Below are positions 26,403 to 36,600 of a stretch of 49,845 bases of DNA, piece by piece. The first letter of the stretch is position 1. Each line of letters opens with the position of its first letter. The DNA is taken from NCBI GenBank assembly GCA_021734665.1, contig JAIPIN010000002.1, forward strand, positions 1 through 49,845. The letters are read 5' to 3'. The notes below the pieces were generated by a model. It saw only the letters and a program-made list of their open reading frames with translations, was not told where the DNA came from and did not search any database. Source of the DNA: Kiritimatiellales bacterium (GTDB taxonomy: Bacteria; Patescibacteriota; Gracilibacteria; Peribacterales; Peribacteraceae). Position numbers and translations under genes: made by a program.

Positions 26403-28205
26403 ATGCTACGATACAAAGTGATGATCAAAAAAGACAATCAAAGCGCCCAAACAATCAAAAATTCTTTGAGTGTACTACATGGTGAATGTTTGTTTACAAG
26501 TGAAAATCAGACAAGACAATTGGAAGATAAAATCGCTTCGAGTGAAGCAAAACTACAACAAGAAATCACAAAGAACAAACTATACGAAGCACGACTTCAG
26601 GAGCTTGAGGCAAAACGTAAGAATCACGAAGAGCGCATACAAGAACAAGAAGCAAAACTCGCAGAAACAAAACAAGATTTGATACAAGTAATTTCTACGC
26701 GCAGTTGGCAATGGACAAAATGTCTACGTGCAGCAGAAGCATGGATAAGGAGAAAAAAGAATATACCCGATACTCAACCACCACACTCTCCACAATCCAA
26801 ATCTACAATAGATGTTGCAGTAATTATAACCTCTCACAATTACGGAAAATTTTTGGTAAACGCAATCGACAGTATCCTTCGCCAATCATGCAAGCCTGCA
26901 GAAATTCTAGTAATGGACGATGCGTCAACAGATAACACATCGGATATTGTACAGCGATACATTAATCATGGAATACGATACGTACGTTGTAAGCACCTGC
27001 ATCCTTCACCAACGCGGAATGAAGGAGCTAGTCTGACACGTGCACCATTTTTGGTATTCCTAGATGCCGATGACATATTGCAAGAAGACTTTTTAGAAAA
27101 GTGCTATGCCCAGATGAAAGATCCATCAGTCGCAATTACATATGGAGATATGCAATACTTTGGGCTTGAGAATCACTTATTCAAGGCACCAGAATTTGAC
27201 CGCGAAAGATTGATGCGCACGAACTACATGTCATCACACTCAATGATCAGAAGACAGGCATTTGATATTACAGGTGGGTATCGCCGCTATAGTTTTCCGG
27301 CAGAAGATTGGGATTTGTATCGTAGAATTCTGCAATATAAATGGACTGCCAAAAAAGCACAGACAAAAGTTCTATACCGAATCCATGGAACCAATCGCCT
27401 ACCTAAATGCAAAGATGATGAATACTGGAAAATAATTAATTTGCTTCAAAATCCTATTACTATCTTCACACCATTTGCTGGAAGACACGATGTATTTGAG
27501 CGCTACATAGAAGGACTCAAGAATATTGAATTCGACCATAAACTTATTCGTCTGCATTGGCTGGATACAAGTGGCGATGAAAAATTTGGACGTATGTTGC
27601 GCGAGACCATGAGCACACTGGATTTTGGACGGACAACTTACACGTGCTCTCCTCTTCCTTCAATCTGGAACCACACGCCTCAAACACTAATAGAAAACCG
27701 GTTCAGTGATCCAAAAGCCGGACAATACTATGACATGGCACTAGCCTATGCATACAATCATTTATTGCACACATGCGACACAGAATTTGCACTGACAGTA
27801 GAAGACGATATAGTTTTGAAACCCGATACAATTACCAGATTACTAAAAACAGTACAACATCACGACGTGACTGCTGTTATCGCTCCCTACCCATGCCAAA
27901 TACAAGGTTATCAAACAGTATGGATACAAGATAAAAACAACAATCCACAATTTATTACCAAAGCTCAAAAGGGAATATGGGAAGTTGGCGGTGGTGGATT
28001 CGGATGTACATTGATCCGCATGGATGTATTCAAACACACCCCGATCTATAGCAATGTACACCTACAAAAAAATCCACAATGGTATGACCACGTAGCCTTT
28101 GCACTGCTACGCAGGAAAGGCAAGGTACTCTGTAATTGGGATGCGTCCGTAGAGCACTTGGAAACAGATCGACACATTCCAGCAGGATACACCACTAAAA
28201 CATGA
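26403..28205 (+). CDS. coiled-coil / GT2 glycosyltransferase / second GT-A-like domain protein
   Basis: 600 aa. The helical N-terminus (KLQQEITKNKLYEARLQELEAKRKNHEERIQEQEAKLAETKQDL) ends in STRSWQWTKCLR. GT2 features are VAVIITSHNYGKFLVNAIDSILRQ..ILVMDDASTDNT and FLDADD. The second domain carries LTVEDDIV. Confidence 0.8.
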   Translation: MLRYKVMIKKDNQSAQTIKNSLSVLHGECLFTSENQTRQLEDKIASSEAKLQQEITKNKLYEARLQELEAKRKNHEERIQEQEAKLAETKQDLIQVISTRSWQWTKCLRAAEAWIRRKKNIPDTQPPHSPQSKSTIDVAVIITSHNYGKFLVNAIDSILRQSCKPAEILVMDDASTDNTSDIVQRYINHGIRYVRCKHLHPSPTRNEGASLTRAPFLVFLDADDILQEDFLEKCYAQMKDPSVAITYGDMQYFGLENHLFKAPEFDRERLMRTNYMSSHSMIRRQAFDITGGYRRYSFPAEDWDLYRRILQYKWTAKKAQTKVLYRIHGTNRLPKCKDDEYWKIINLLQNPITIFTPFAGRHDVFERYIEGLKNIEFDHKLIRLHWLDTSGDEKFGRMLRETMSTLDFGRTTYTCSPLPSIWNHTPQTLIENRFSDPKAGQYYDMALAYAYNHLLHTCDTEFALTVEDDIVLKPDTITRLLKTVQHHDVTAVIAPYPCQIQGYQTVWIQDKNNNPQFITKAQKGIWEVGGGGFGCTLIRMDVFKHTPIYSNVHLQKNPQWYDHVAFALLRRKGKVLCNWDASVEHLETDRHIPAGYTTKT

Positions 28206-29422
28206 CCAATAAACCACGAATACTATTTATTGGGCACGAAGCTCTTTCGGATAGCGGTGCAGCAGTGGCATTGTGCTACCTAATTGAATGGCTAAAAATT
28301 AACACAGACTTCGAGATGGAACTCATTCTATTGCGCGGAGGCGATATGCTTGATCGTTATCGTGCACTGATACCAACACGCGTACTGTGGCGCAGCCCTT
28401 CTGCTCCATTTTGGAAACCCAAAACATTTCTATCACGCGCTCCATGGATAATGTTGCGTGCATTTTATGAAGTGCTAGAAATGATGATAATCAATATTCA
28501 ATGCAAATGGTGGAAACGCCAAACGCAACACGGTTCATTCGATGTGGTGTATTTCAACTGTATCTTAGCACTAGATGCCATTCCACTTTTCAAAGATAAA
28601 GGAAACGCAATCGTAGTACATCTGCACGACATGGCATATGCCCTAGAGACATATACATCCATCAAGGCGTTCGCCGATACACAACGTACTGCCGCGCACT
28701 TCATTGCTGCTTCCGATCCAGTGCGCCACGCACTGGAAGATCGCAATATCCCCACACACAAAATCAGCGTTATCCCAAGTTGTCTGCACACCATTCCAGA
28801 TCTAAAAATGTCACTCACACACGCCAAACAGGTGCGTACTAATCTCAATATTCCAGAAGAAGCGATAGTTATAGGCATGTGCGGACAAGCATACTGGCGT
28901 AAAGGTGTAGACCTATTTTTTGTATTGGCAAGATCCATCTTAGAAAGCGACCTAGGAAATAGATGTCATTTCCTGTGGATTGGTACGCGTACAGCAAATA
29001 ATTTTCTTGCCCACTGGAAAGAAGCGTACGCGATTTCCCCAGCACTACAGAGTCACATCCACTTTCCGGGTAAAAAAGAAAACGCTCTTGATTACATTGC
29101 AGCAATGGATATTTTTACACTTACCTCACGTGAGGACCCCATTCCACTTGCAGCGCTGGAAGCTGGAGCATTGGCAAAGCCTATAATTTGTTTTGATGAA
29201 AATGCAGGTGGCACTGCCCAATGGGTAGGAACAGAAGGTGGATTTGTAATTCCATACTTGGATATGCAAACAATGGCCAAAAAGGTATCAGAACTCATAC
29301 AAAATCCTACACTTCGCACTCAAATGGGAGAACGAAATCGTAAAATCGTCACCAAACAATACACCATGGATAGTATGGGGGCAGAGATGGCCAACGTATT
29401 GCGCTCGATGTCCGAATCATAA
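28202..29422 (+). CDS. GT4 family (GT-B) glycosyltransferase
   Basis: 406 aa. The C-terminal Rossmann half has FTLTSREDPIPLAALEAGALAKPIICFD. There is a 4-nt overlap with the upstream gene. Confidence 0.8.
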   Translation: MTNKPRILFIGHEALSDSGAAVALCYLIEWLKINTDFEMELILLRGGDMLDRYRALIPTRVLWRSPSAPFWKPKTFLSRAPWIMLRAFYEVLEMMIINIQCKWWKRQTQHGSFDVVYFNCILALDAIPLFKDKGNAIVVHLHDMAYALETYTSIKAFADTQRTAAHFIAASDPVRHALEDRNIPTHKISVIPSCLHTIPDLKMSLTHAKQVRTNLNIPEEAIVIGMCGQAYWRKGVDLFFVLARSILESDLGNRCHFLWIGTRTANNFLAHWKEAYAISPALQSHIHFPGKKENALDYIAAMDIFTLTSREDPIPLAALEAGALAKPIICFDENAGGTAQWVGTEGGFVIPYLDMQTMAKKVSELIQNPTLRTQMGERNRKIVTKQYTMDSMGAEMANVLRSMSES

Positions 29423-29532
29423 TTTATAGAACAATTGCCTCTACACACTCTGTAAATAATACTATTTTTGCAAAATCATTATTAGTTACAAAAAATGGGA
29501 ATAAAGTCGCACCACATGTACAATCGTGCGCC

Positions 29533-30333
29533 ATGATTGACGTTTCAATAATTATCCCGACCTACAAACGTCCTGAGCTAACTGCGCAGGCAGTTAATTC
29601 ATGCAAAAAACAATCTGGATGTTCAATCGAAATTATAGTTGTCCATGATGGCGATAATATTGATCAAAAATTAGATGGGAATGTTAGGCAGATATACCAA
29701 GAACATAAAGGAGCAGCAGCAGCTCGCAACTTGGGACTCAGCGAGGCCAAAGGTACATATATAAAATTTTTAGACTCGGATGATTTGCTCAATCCAGAAT
29801 CGCTATGCAAACAGGTCGTGGAATTAGAAAAATCCAATGCAGATGTATCTGTTGGAAAATGGAAATATTGTGACAGCGAAGGGAATCCAGAAAATCATAT
29901 TCATTGTGAGTATATTGAAGACATGTTACCAATTCTTGTTGCTGGATTTTGGAATGCAAACTTCTCATACCTATTTCGTAAATCATGGCTAATAAGTAAC
30001 CATTGTAAATGGGATATTGATTGCGCTGTTCTTCAAGACTTTGCATTCATTATGGAAGTAAGTTTAAAAAGGGCACGCTTCATTAAATCTGACATAGAAA
30101 CTGGTTTTTATAGAAGACATAAACTTGGCCAGCGTGTATCTAGATCCTCTGATGAGTGCCGTTCCAAACACTATTATGAAATTCTTGAATCGGCACAAAA
30201 ATACTTATTAACTTCAAATAAAATAAATCCTGTGTATACCACACTTATAGATACACAAATGAAAAAAATCTCGGCAATGGAATCTATACCAGAAAATATA
30301 AGTGCCATGACGAGAGCTTGCCGGCTAACTTAA
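29533..30333 (+). CDS. GT2 family glycosyltransferase (single domain)
   Basis: 266 aa with VSIIIPTYKRPELTAQAVNSCKKQ, IIVVHDGDN, AAAARNLGL and FLDSDD. Confidence 0.85.
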   Translation: MIDVSIIIPTYKRPELTAQAVNSCKKQSGCSIEIIVVHDGDNIDQKLDGNVRQIYQEHKGAAAARNLGLSEAKGTYIKFLDSDDLLNPESLCKQVVELEKSNADVSVGKWKYCDSEGNPENHIHCEYIEDMLPILVAGFWNANFSYLFRKSWLISNHCKWDIDCAVLQDFAFIMEVSLKRARFIKSDIETGFYRRHKLGQRVSRSSDECRSKHYYEILESAQKYLLTSNKINPVYTTLIDTQMKKISAMESIPENISAMTRACRLT

Positions 30334-30396
30334 ATGAGTGATAAGAAATTGCATCTACCCTAGCCCCAGCCCTAAACTTAGCCCTAACACCTACTG

Positions 30397-31731
30397 TTAC
30401 TTAGTAGCAATATCAGACTTAACAACTACCTGCTCATATCCAGGAGTAATAACTCTGTATCTTCCAAATGAATCTATTACAGCAGAAGGACCATTTGCAG
30501 ATACACGAATAACATCAAGCCCAGTTTCTACTGCACGGACACGATCCTGAAAATCTTGCATATTGTGAATAATAGGACTTGCAAACGTGCTTGGATTAGA
30601 TAGTACGATTAAATAATCGACACCTAATTTAGCCCAACTCTTAGCTACATGCCTAACAGCATCTTCATAGCACAATATAATCCCCGCTCTCCCAATAGGC
30701 GTATCAATCTCTTCATAGTGGTCATCAAATACCTCTCCAACTTCTCTAAATGGCAAATTTACACCTGCATTATATGAACCATCGAGCCCCTTTGTAGGAG
30801 AGAAGCTATAAGCTACATTAAACTGACCACCAGCATCTTGGTTATAACTTGTATACGTTCCAAGTATTATGTGCTTACCCGAATCTTTACTGAGCTTTGT
30901 AAAAAATGAAATGGTCTCTTCATCATTCAAAAATCCCGATAAGTTGTATTGCGGGAAGATAACTAGTTCAGTATCAACTTCGTTAGCCCACTTGGTATAA
31001 GAAGACAGGATAAGATCTGAGTTATCCACTCTCCACTGCATATTCATTGGATAATTTGTCTGCACAATTGTAACTTCTGCATTCCCTTCCACTTGTGGAT
31101 TTGAAAATAGCCTCCATCCACCCCAAGCTGCAACACATAACACAATGCATCCAATAATAATTACTGTATTTATCGAAAGTCGATCCTTTAATAAAAGCAT
31201 ACGACCAAAGGCGATGTTAAATGCCAATACAAGCACAACAAGAAGCTCCATCCCCCCAAGTATTCCTGTTTGAATAAGCGGCAACGGCTGATAGAACATT
31301 GCTTCTACAGGAAAAGAGTCTACAGCTGTGTGATGGAATATTTGCATGATTATCAACCAAACTCCTGTAGGAATAATGAGGTGAAACAACATGCTCGCTT
31401 TGCGTGAACTGTTCTTAGTTAATTTTGTTGTAATGCTAATAGCTCCAAATAACACTGCCCATGGAGCACCAGCTGCGAATATCATCTTTAAAAACATTTC
31501 CCATCCATATGCGGCAACAACCGAATTAACCGTATTTACCCAATAAAATATGCCAGCTAAATAACCAAATGATATATCTCTTACAAAACATGGTTTTCTG
31601 TAAATTGGATAAAACATGATTCCAAACCCAGCCCACACCAAAAGGAAGGCAATTGCATATGCAGTACTGACCGTTATAAAAAGAAAGCCAATTATGGTAA
31701 TTAAAGCTGATGAGCGAAATACTGAGCGCAT
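30397..31731 (-). CDS. apolipoprotein N-acyltransferase (Lnt)-like membrane protein with a carbon-nitrogen hydrolase domain
   Basis: 444 aa. The N-terminal half is hydrophobic with about 7-8 segments. The C-terminal half has a CN-hydrolase layout (EVTIVQTN, ELVIFPQYN, LPFREV, GIILCYED). Confidence 0.6.
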   Translation of the reverse strand: MRSVFRSSALITIIGFLFITVSTAYAIAFLLVWAGFGIMFYPIYRKPCFVRDISFGYLAGIFYWVNTVNSVVAAYGWEMFLKMIFAAGAPWAVLFGAISITTKLTKNSSRKASMLFHLIIPTGVWLIIMQIFHHTAVDSFPVEAMFYQPLPLIQTGILGGMELLVVLVLAFNIAFGRMLLLKDRLSINTVIIIGCIVLCVAAWGGWRLFSNPQVEGNAEVTIVQTNYPMNMQWRVDNSDLILSSYTKWANEVDTELVIFPQYNLSGFLNDEETISFFTKLSKDSGKHIILGTYTSYNQDAGGQFNVAYSFSPTKGLDGSYNAGVNLPFREVGEVFDDHYEEIDTPIGRAGIILCYEDAVRHVAKSWAKLGVDYLIVLSNPSTFASPIIHNMQDFQDRVRAVETGLDVIRVSANGPSAVIDSFGRYRVITPGYEQVVVKSDIATK

Positions 31732-31854
31732 ATGAAATGTAAATGTAAATTAATGTAAAAAGTAAACGATTTGTTTTAATGATGATAACATCAATTACCT
31801 AACATATTACAAAAATATATACCTGATATGATATATTTTTCATATAATTAATTT

Positions 31855-32826
31855 ATGAGTTTAAAAAATAACACTCTTGGGCTCTTTGTAATTCTGCTTG
31901 TAGCCGAAGGAGTTGGAATAGCGTGGGAAGGTTTATGGTGGCAAGAGATTATTGATGCATATTCAATTTTTGGTGATCCTCCACAATTGCTATACCACAC
32001 TTCGATTTTGATTATGCTCTTGATAGCATTAAGAGAATCTCAAAAGCCACACCAAAAAATATGGGGAATAATCAGCATATTGCTAATACTGCTATTAATA
32101 AATATTCCTCTTACTTATTACGTAAATAGTATCTTTGGTGTTCCATCACGTTACGGACTCATAATTTATTGGGGAGCCCCTTATATATTTACTTCAATCT
32201 TCTCGATAGGCATTTGCATATTTCTATTAAAAATAATTAAGCAAAAATCATATAACAAATGGAACCCTCTTCTTCAATACGCAATTTATGCTTCAATTTT
32301 GATGCATCTACTTATTCGATTACGTCCATTTAGACCTACATCTACCGTACATGATGTAATTGGCTTCTGGGGACCAGGGGTGATAATTGCTGCATTTATT
32401 TTTGTTCTTCTATTTGCAAAAAAAACCATTGATTCAAAATACAGCGCAACCAAAACAACATTTGTAACACTTAGCCTTTATTCACTAATAGGATTACTAG
32501 GTATATGGACTTTCTCTATAGCCAAAATATCTGCCGAAATTTGGCAAAATATGCTTTTGGGCGGATTCACACATCCTCCGACTGTACTTAGTAGTCTTTC
32601 ACTTATTGTTTGTGCATTAATTATAGACATGAAGACATTTTCAGCTCGTATCAAAGTACTAATTGCCTCGGTAGTGCAAGCTGGACTTTTGTATGGAGCC
32701 GCCAACTTTTTTATTGCACCTGTTGCCTCTTATGGAAAATTAGAATTTTTAACTGCTGTAATTTCCGCTGCAATTGGAGGACTTATGGCTTATCAATTAT
32801 TTATTTTAAGTACTAAAAAAGTTTAG
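31855..32826 (+). CDS. polytopic membrane protein, function unknown
   Basis: 323 aa with about ten hydrophobic segments and no motif I recognise. It is divergent from the Lnt-like gene and 23 nt upstream of the deacetylase gene. Confidence 0.6.
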   Translation: MSLKNNTLGLFVILLVAEGVGIAWEGLWWQEIIDAYSIFGDPPQLLYHTSILIMLLIALRESQKPHQKIWGIISILLILLLINIPLTYYVNSIFGVPSRYGLIIYWGAPYIFTSIFSIGICIFLLKIIKQKSYNKWNPLLQYAIYASILMHLLIRLRPFRPTSTVHDVIGFWGPGVIIAAFIFVLLFAKKTIDSKYSATKTTFVTLSLYSLIGLLGIWTFSIAKISAEIWQNMLLGGFTHPPTVLSSLSLIVCALIIDMKTFSARIKVLIASVVQAGLLYGAANFFIAPVASYGKLEFLTAVISAAIGGLMAYQLFILSTKKV

Positions 32827-32849
32827 ACTTATTTCCAACTCATATTCCT

Positions 32850-33596
32850 TTGGAATCTGTAAATCAACAAAGGCTAGCCATCTTAACTATTGATGATTCT
32901 CCATCAGTAGACTTACAAATCAGACTTAAGCATCTTAAAGAAAGATCTCTAACTGCTATTTTATTTTGCAGAGGCGATTATCTAGAAAAAAGACCAGAAC
33001 TGGCGTTACAAGCTATTCATGAAAAACACATAATTGGGAATCATGCATTTAGTCATACACCATTTTCAAATTTAACACTTGCAGAAGGGGAAAAAGAAAT
33101 ATCAAAAACCGAACAAATAATAGATAGAATCTACGAACAATCTGATATAAGACGTCCTGCCAAAGTATTTCGCTTTCCTTATGGCGACAAAGGTAACAGA
33201 GATCCCACTCACTCCACCAGAGCAGAAGATTTACAGAAAATACTAAAAGAATTTGGATTCTCACCACCAAAACTTCCAAATCTTACAAACTCTCACTATC
33301 AATCAATAAATGCTCACAAAGACCTAGATTGGTTTTGGACATTTGATGCGATGGAATATGGCATATATAGAGAATGGGCAAAAGATCTACACACAATTGA
33401 TGATGTATATAACCGTATGAACACAGATAGCCCGGATAAAGGAATTGAGATCAATAATGGCACTTCGGATGAAATTATCTTAATACACGACCACAGTGAA
33501 ACCACTGACGTTTTCCCAGATATTTTGGACAGACTTTTGCAAAAGAACTGTAAATTTGTGTCCCCAGAAGGCCATATTGATATTTTTATACAATGA
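32850..33596 (+). CDS. polysaccharide deacetylase (NodB homology / CE4), no signal peptide
   Basis: 248 aa with LTIDDSPS (motif 1), IGNHAFSH (motif 2), FRFPYGDKG (motif 3) and ILIHDH. The ORF opens with TTG. Confidence 0.8.
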   Translation: MESVNQQRLAILTIDDSPSVDLQIRLKHLKERSLTAILFCRGDYLEKRPELALQAIHEKHIIGNHAFSHTPFSNLTLAEGEKEISKTEQIIDRIYEQSDIRRPAKVFRFPYGDKGNRDPTHSTRAEDLQKILKEFGFSPPKLPNLTNSHYQSINAHKDLDWFWTFDAMEYGIYREWAKDLHTIDDVYNRMNTDSPDKGIEINNGTSDEIILIHDHSETTDVFPDILDRLLQKNCKFVSPEGHIDIFIQ

Positions 33597-33680
33597 AGAA
33601 GGTTTCTATCTTCAGGAACAGAACTAATCTATTCCAGTTGGAGAAAATGTCCTAATTGGCTATAGTTACGAGCCTTTATC

Positions 33681-36600
33681 ATGGAAGTTTTCTGGCAACC
33701 AATCATCAGGCCGATCTTTGATATCCTATTGCCAAAGTCTGTTGTAGAAATTGGTATCGATAAAGGTGACAACACAAAACATTTGCTCGAATACTGCAAA
33801 AAACATAATGGATTCTTGCACGGCATTGACCCCGAACGAAATGAGATTACCTCTGCATTAGAAGCAGAATACTCACACTTTTTTAAATTTTATGAGGACC
33901 TAAGCCTAAATACACTGCCAAAACTCGAATCATATGATGCAATTTTAATCGACGGTGATCACAATTGGTACACCGTATATCACGAACTGATCCTAATTGA
34001 GAAATGTGCACAGAAACAAGGCACGTTCCCAATGGTATTTATTCACGATGTTGGGTGGCCATACGGCAAACGTGATATGTATTTCAATGCAGAAATTATC
34101 CCAGAAAAATACCGCCAAATGCACAAGAAAGGAGGGTTGCAAATAGACAATGGCATCCCACAGGATAATAACGGATTCAATGCACACTTTGACCATGCAT
34201 TGTATGAGCATGGCATTCAAAATGGAGTGCTATCCGCAATGGAAGACTTTTTGAAACAAACAGAATTTAATCTTACAAGTACTGTTATTCTTGGTTTTCA
34301 TGGATTAGGAATTTTGTGTGATAAAAAAATATTGGATTCTAATTCCCAACTTAAAAAATTACTTAATGGTCTGGATTGCCCACAAGAACTTAAATCCGCA
34401 ACTATTGCCGTTGAGCAAGATCGCATAAAACAGATCATATATAATAATGAATTGTTGCAAACATGTTCTCATACAAGAAGACAGCTTGAAAACGAACAGA
34501 GGGAGAAGCAGGAAAGAGAACTCATGGAGAAACAAGAACAAGAACTGAGGGAGAAACAAGAACAAGAACTGAGGGAGAAGCAGGAAAGAGAACTCAGGGA
34601 GAAACAAGAACAAGAACTGAGGGAGAAGCAGGAAAGAGAACTCAGGGAGAAACAAGAACAAGAACTGAGGGAGAAGCAGGAAAGAGAACTCAGGGAGAAA
34701 CAAGAACAAGAACTGAGGGCGAAACAAGAACAAGAACTGAGGGAGAAGCAGGAAAGAGAACTCAGGGAGAAACTCGAAAGAGAACTTAAAGACAAAGAAG
34801 CCCAACAAGTACTATGGACTGGTGAACGAAAACAGATACTTAAAAATCTAGATCAAATTAAAATGGAGAATTCCGCCAATAAAGAACGATTAATACAAAG
34901 AAAAAGGCTAATGGAAGAAAATAGGACTATGTATATAAGACAAATTACTAATCTAGAAATTAATAATAAAAACAAGCTCGAAGAAGAGCGTTCTAAGAAT
35001 CAAAATCACACAACCGAGTTGGAAGAAATTATTACACAAGAAGTTCAAAAAAATGCGATTCTTAGCCGAGACATACAACACATTCTTAAGAGTAAGAGCT
35101 GGCGTTGGACACATTTCTTACGTGTGTTAGATAAAATTCTTAAATGGCCTAGAACAAAAAAGCCTTTATATTGGCTTTGTGCCAATTTAAAAGATATTTG
35201 GACAGATTTCGATGAGCCATTTCCAAAACTCGTTCGTTTTATCCGACACAATATACTGGGCTGCTGGCTTCCATCTGATACACAAAATGCAGTACAGCCA
35301 ATTCAGGGGGATGCAATCTTCTACAATGATAAATATCTATCAACTCTAAATACACTTAAACAGAAAGATCTTCAGCAGAGCAATGAAGCAGTTAATAACA
35401 TGCATTGGCTGCCATCAATACACATTGTAATATTTGTAGAACTGCTTGATGAAATTAGATTGCGCAAAACACTTAACTCTATTGTGGAACAAACCTACTA
35501 CAACTGGAATATAACAGTGCTAGATGCTTCTAAGAGCTACACAAGCGTACAAAGCATTGTAAAAGATTACTCCATACACTATCCAGAAAAAATCAAGTAC
35601 ATAAGACAGCATGCCAATCAGAACCCACACATAGAAGCCATAGAAAACAACAAAAGTACATATGTATCATTTATGGATAGTACAAATACCCTACAGCATG
35701 ACGCACTTGAACGCTTGTTCACTGCAGCCATTGAAGAGGCAAATCTGCCCGATCTTATTTATAGTGATCATGATGAATTACACTGCTCGAACGCATCGGA
35801 ATACACACCTGTATTCAAACCCGGATGGAGCCCAGAATTGCTTCTGTCATATAATTACATAGGAGCATTTTTTCTCATAAAACACTCCATGCTTCTAAAA
35901 TGCATAGATAATACAAATATTCAAGAACAAGAAACCTTTGCATATGATCTTCTTCTAAGAATTGCAGAACATGATCCTGCTGCAATACATATACCACAAG
36001 TGCTCTGGCGCCAGAGCAAATCATTTGTAATTACTTCTCAGAGAATAGAAGCGCATCGCTCAACCCTACAAAAAGCATTGGCCAGAAGAGGCCTAAAACA
36101 CAGAATAGAATATGGTGAGTACGCACAAAAACACAATGAAATATTTTTCTCAATTAAATCCAACTTCAGCGCTAAAGAGGAGCCAACCGTTACAATAATA
36201 ATCCCAACAAAGGATCGCGCTGAAATGCTAAAAAATTGTATTAACTCAATAACAAAAAAAACCGACTACAAACGATATAAAATCTTAATTGTTGATAATG
36301 GAAGCGAGGAATTGGCAACAAAGAATTATCTACAATCACTTACACACACTGTGCTAAAATTAGAAACTAAACAATTTAACTTTGCATATATTAATAACCG
36401 AGCTGTTCAAAACACGGACACAGAACTGTTGCTTTTCCTTAATAATGACACAGAAATCCTTAATGAAGGGTGGTTACGAGAAATGGTCGGCACAATGTCA
36501 CTCGATAAGAATATTGGCGCAGTAGGCTCTAAGTTACTCTATCCAGAAGGAGCATTCCCGTACCGCGTACAAAGCGCAGGAGCGATATTAGGTAGGCATT

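Noticed and set aside
34503-34790. Possible CRISPR array
   Set aside because: The repeats are contiguous with no spacers, are in frame within a long ORF and encode a regular helix. No cas genes are present in the window.
34359-34808. Two minus-strand ORFs (149 aa and 108 aa) of Phe/Leu/Ser low complexity
   Set aside because: They are antisense shadows of the in-frame 24-nt tandem repeat inside the 1132-aa gene. They are open only because the repeat unit lacks stops on the opposite strand.
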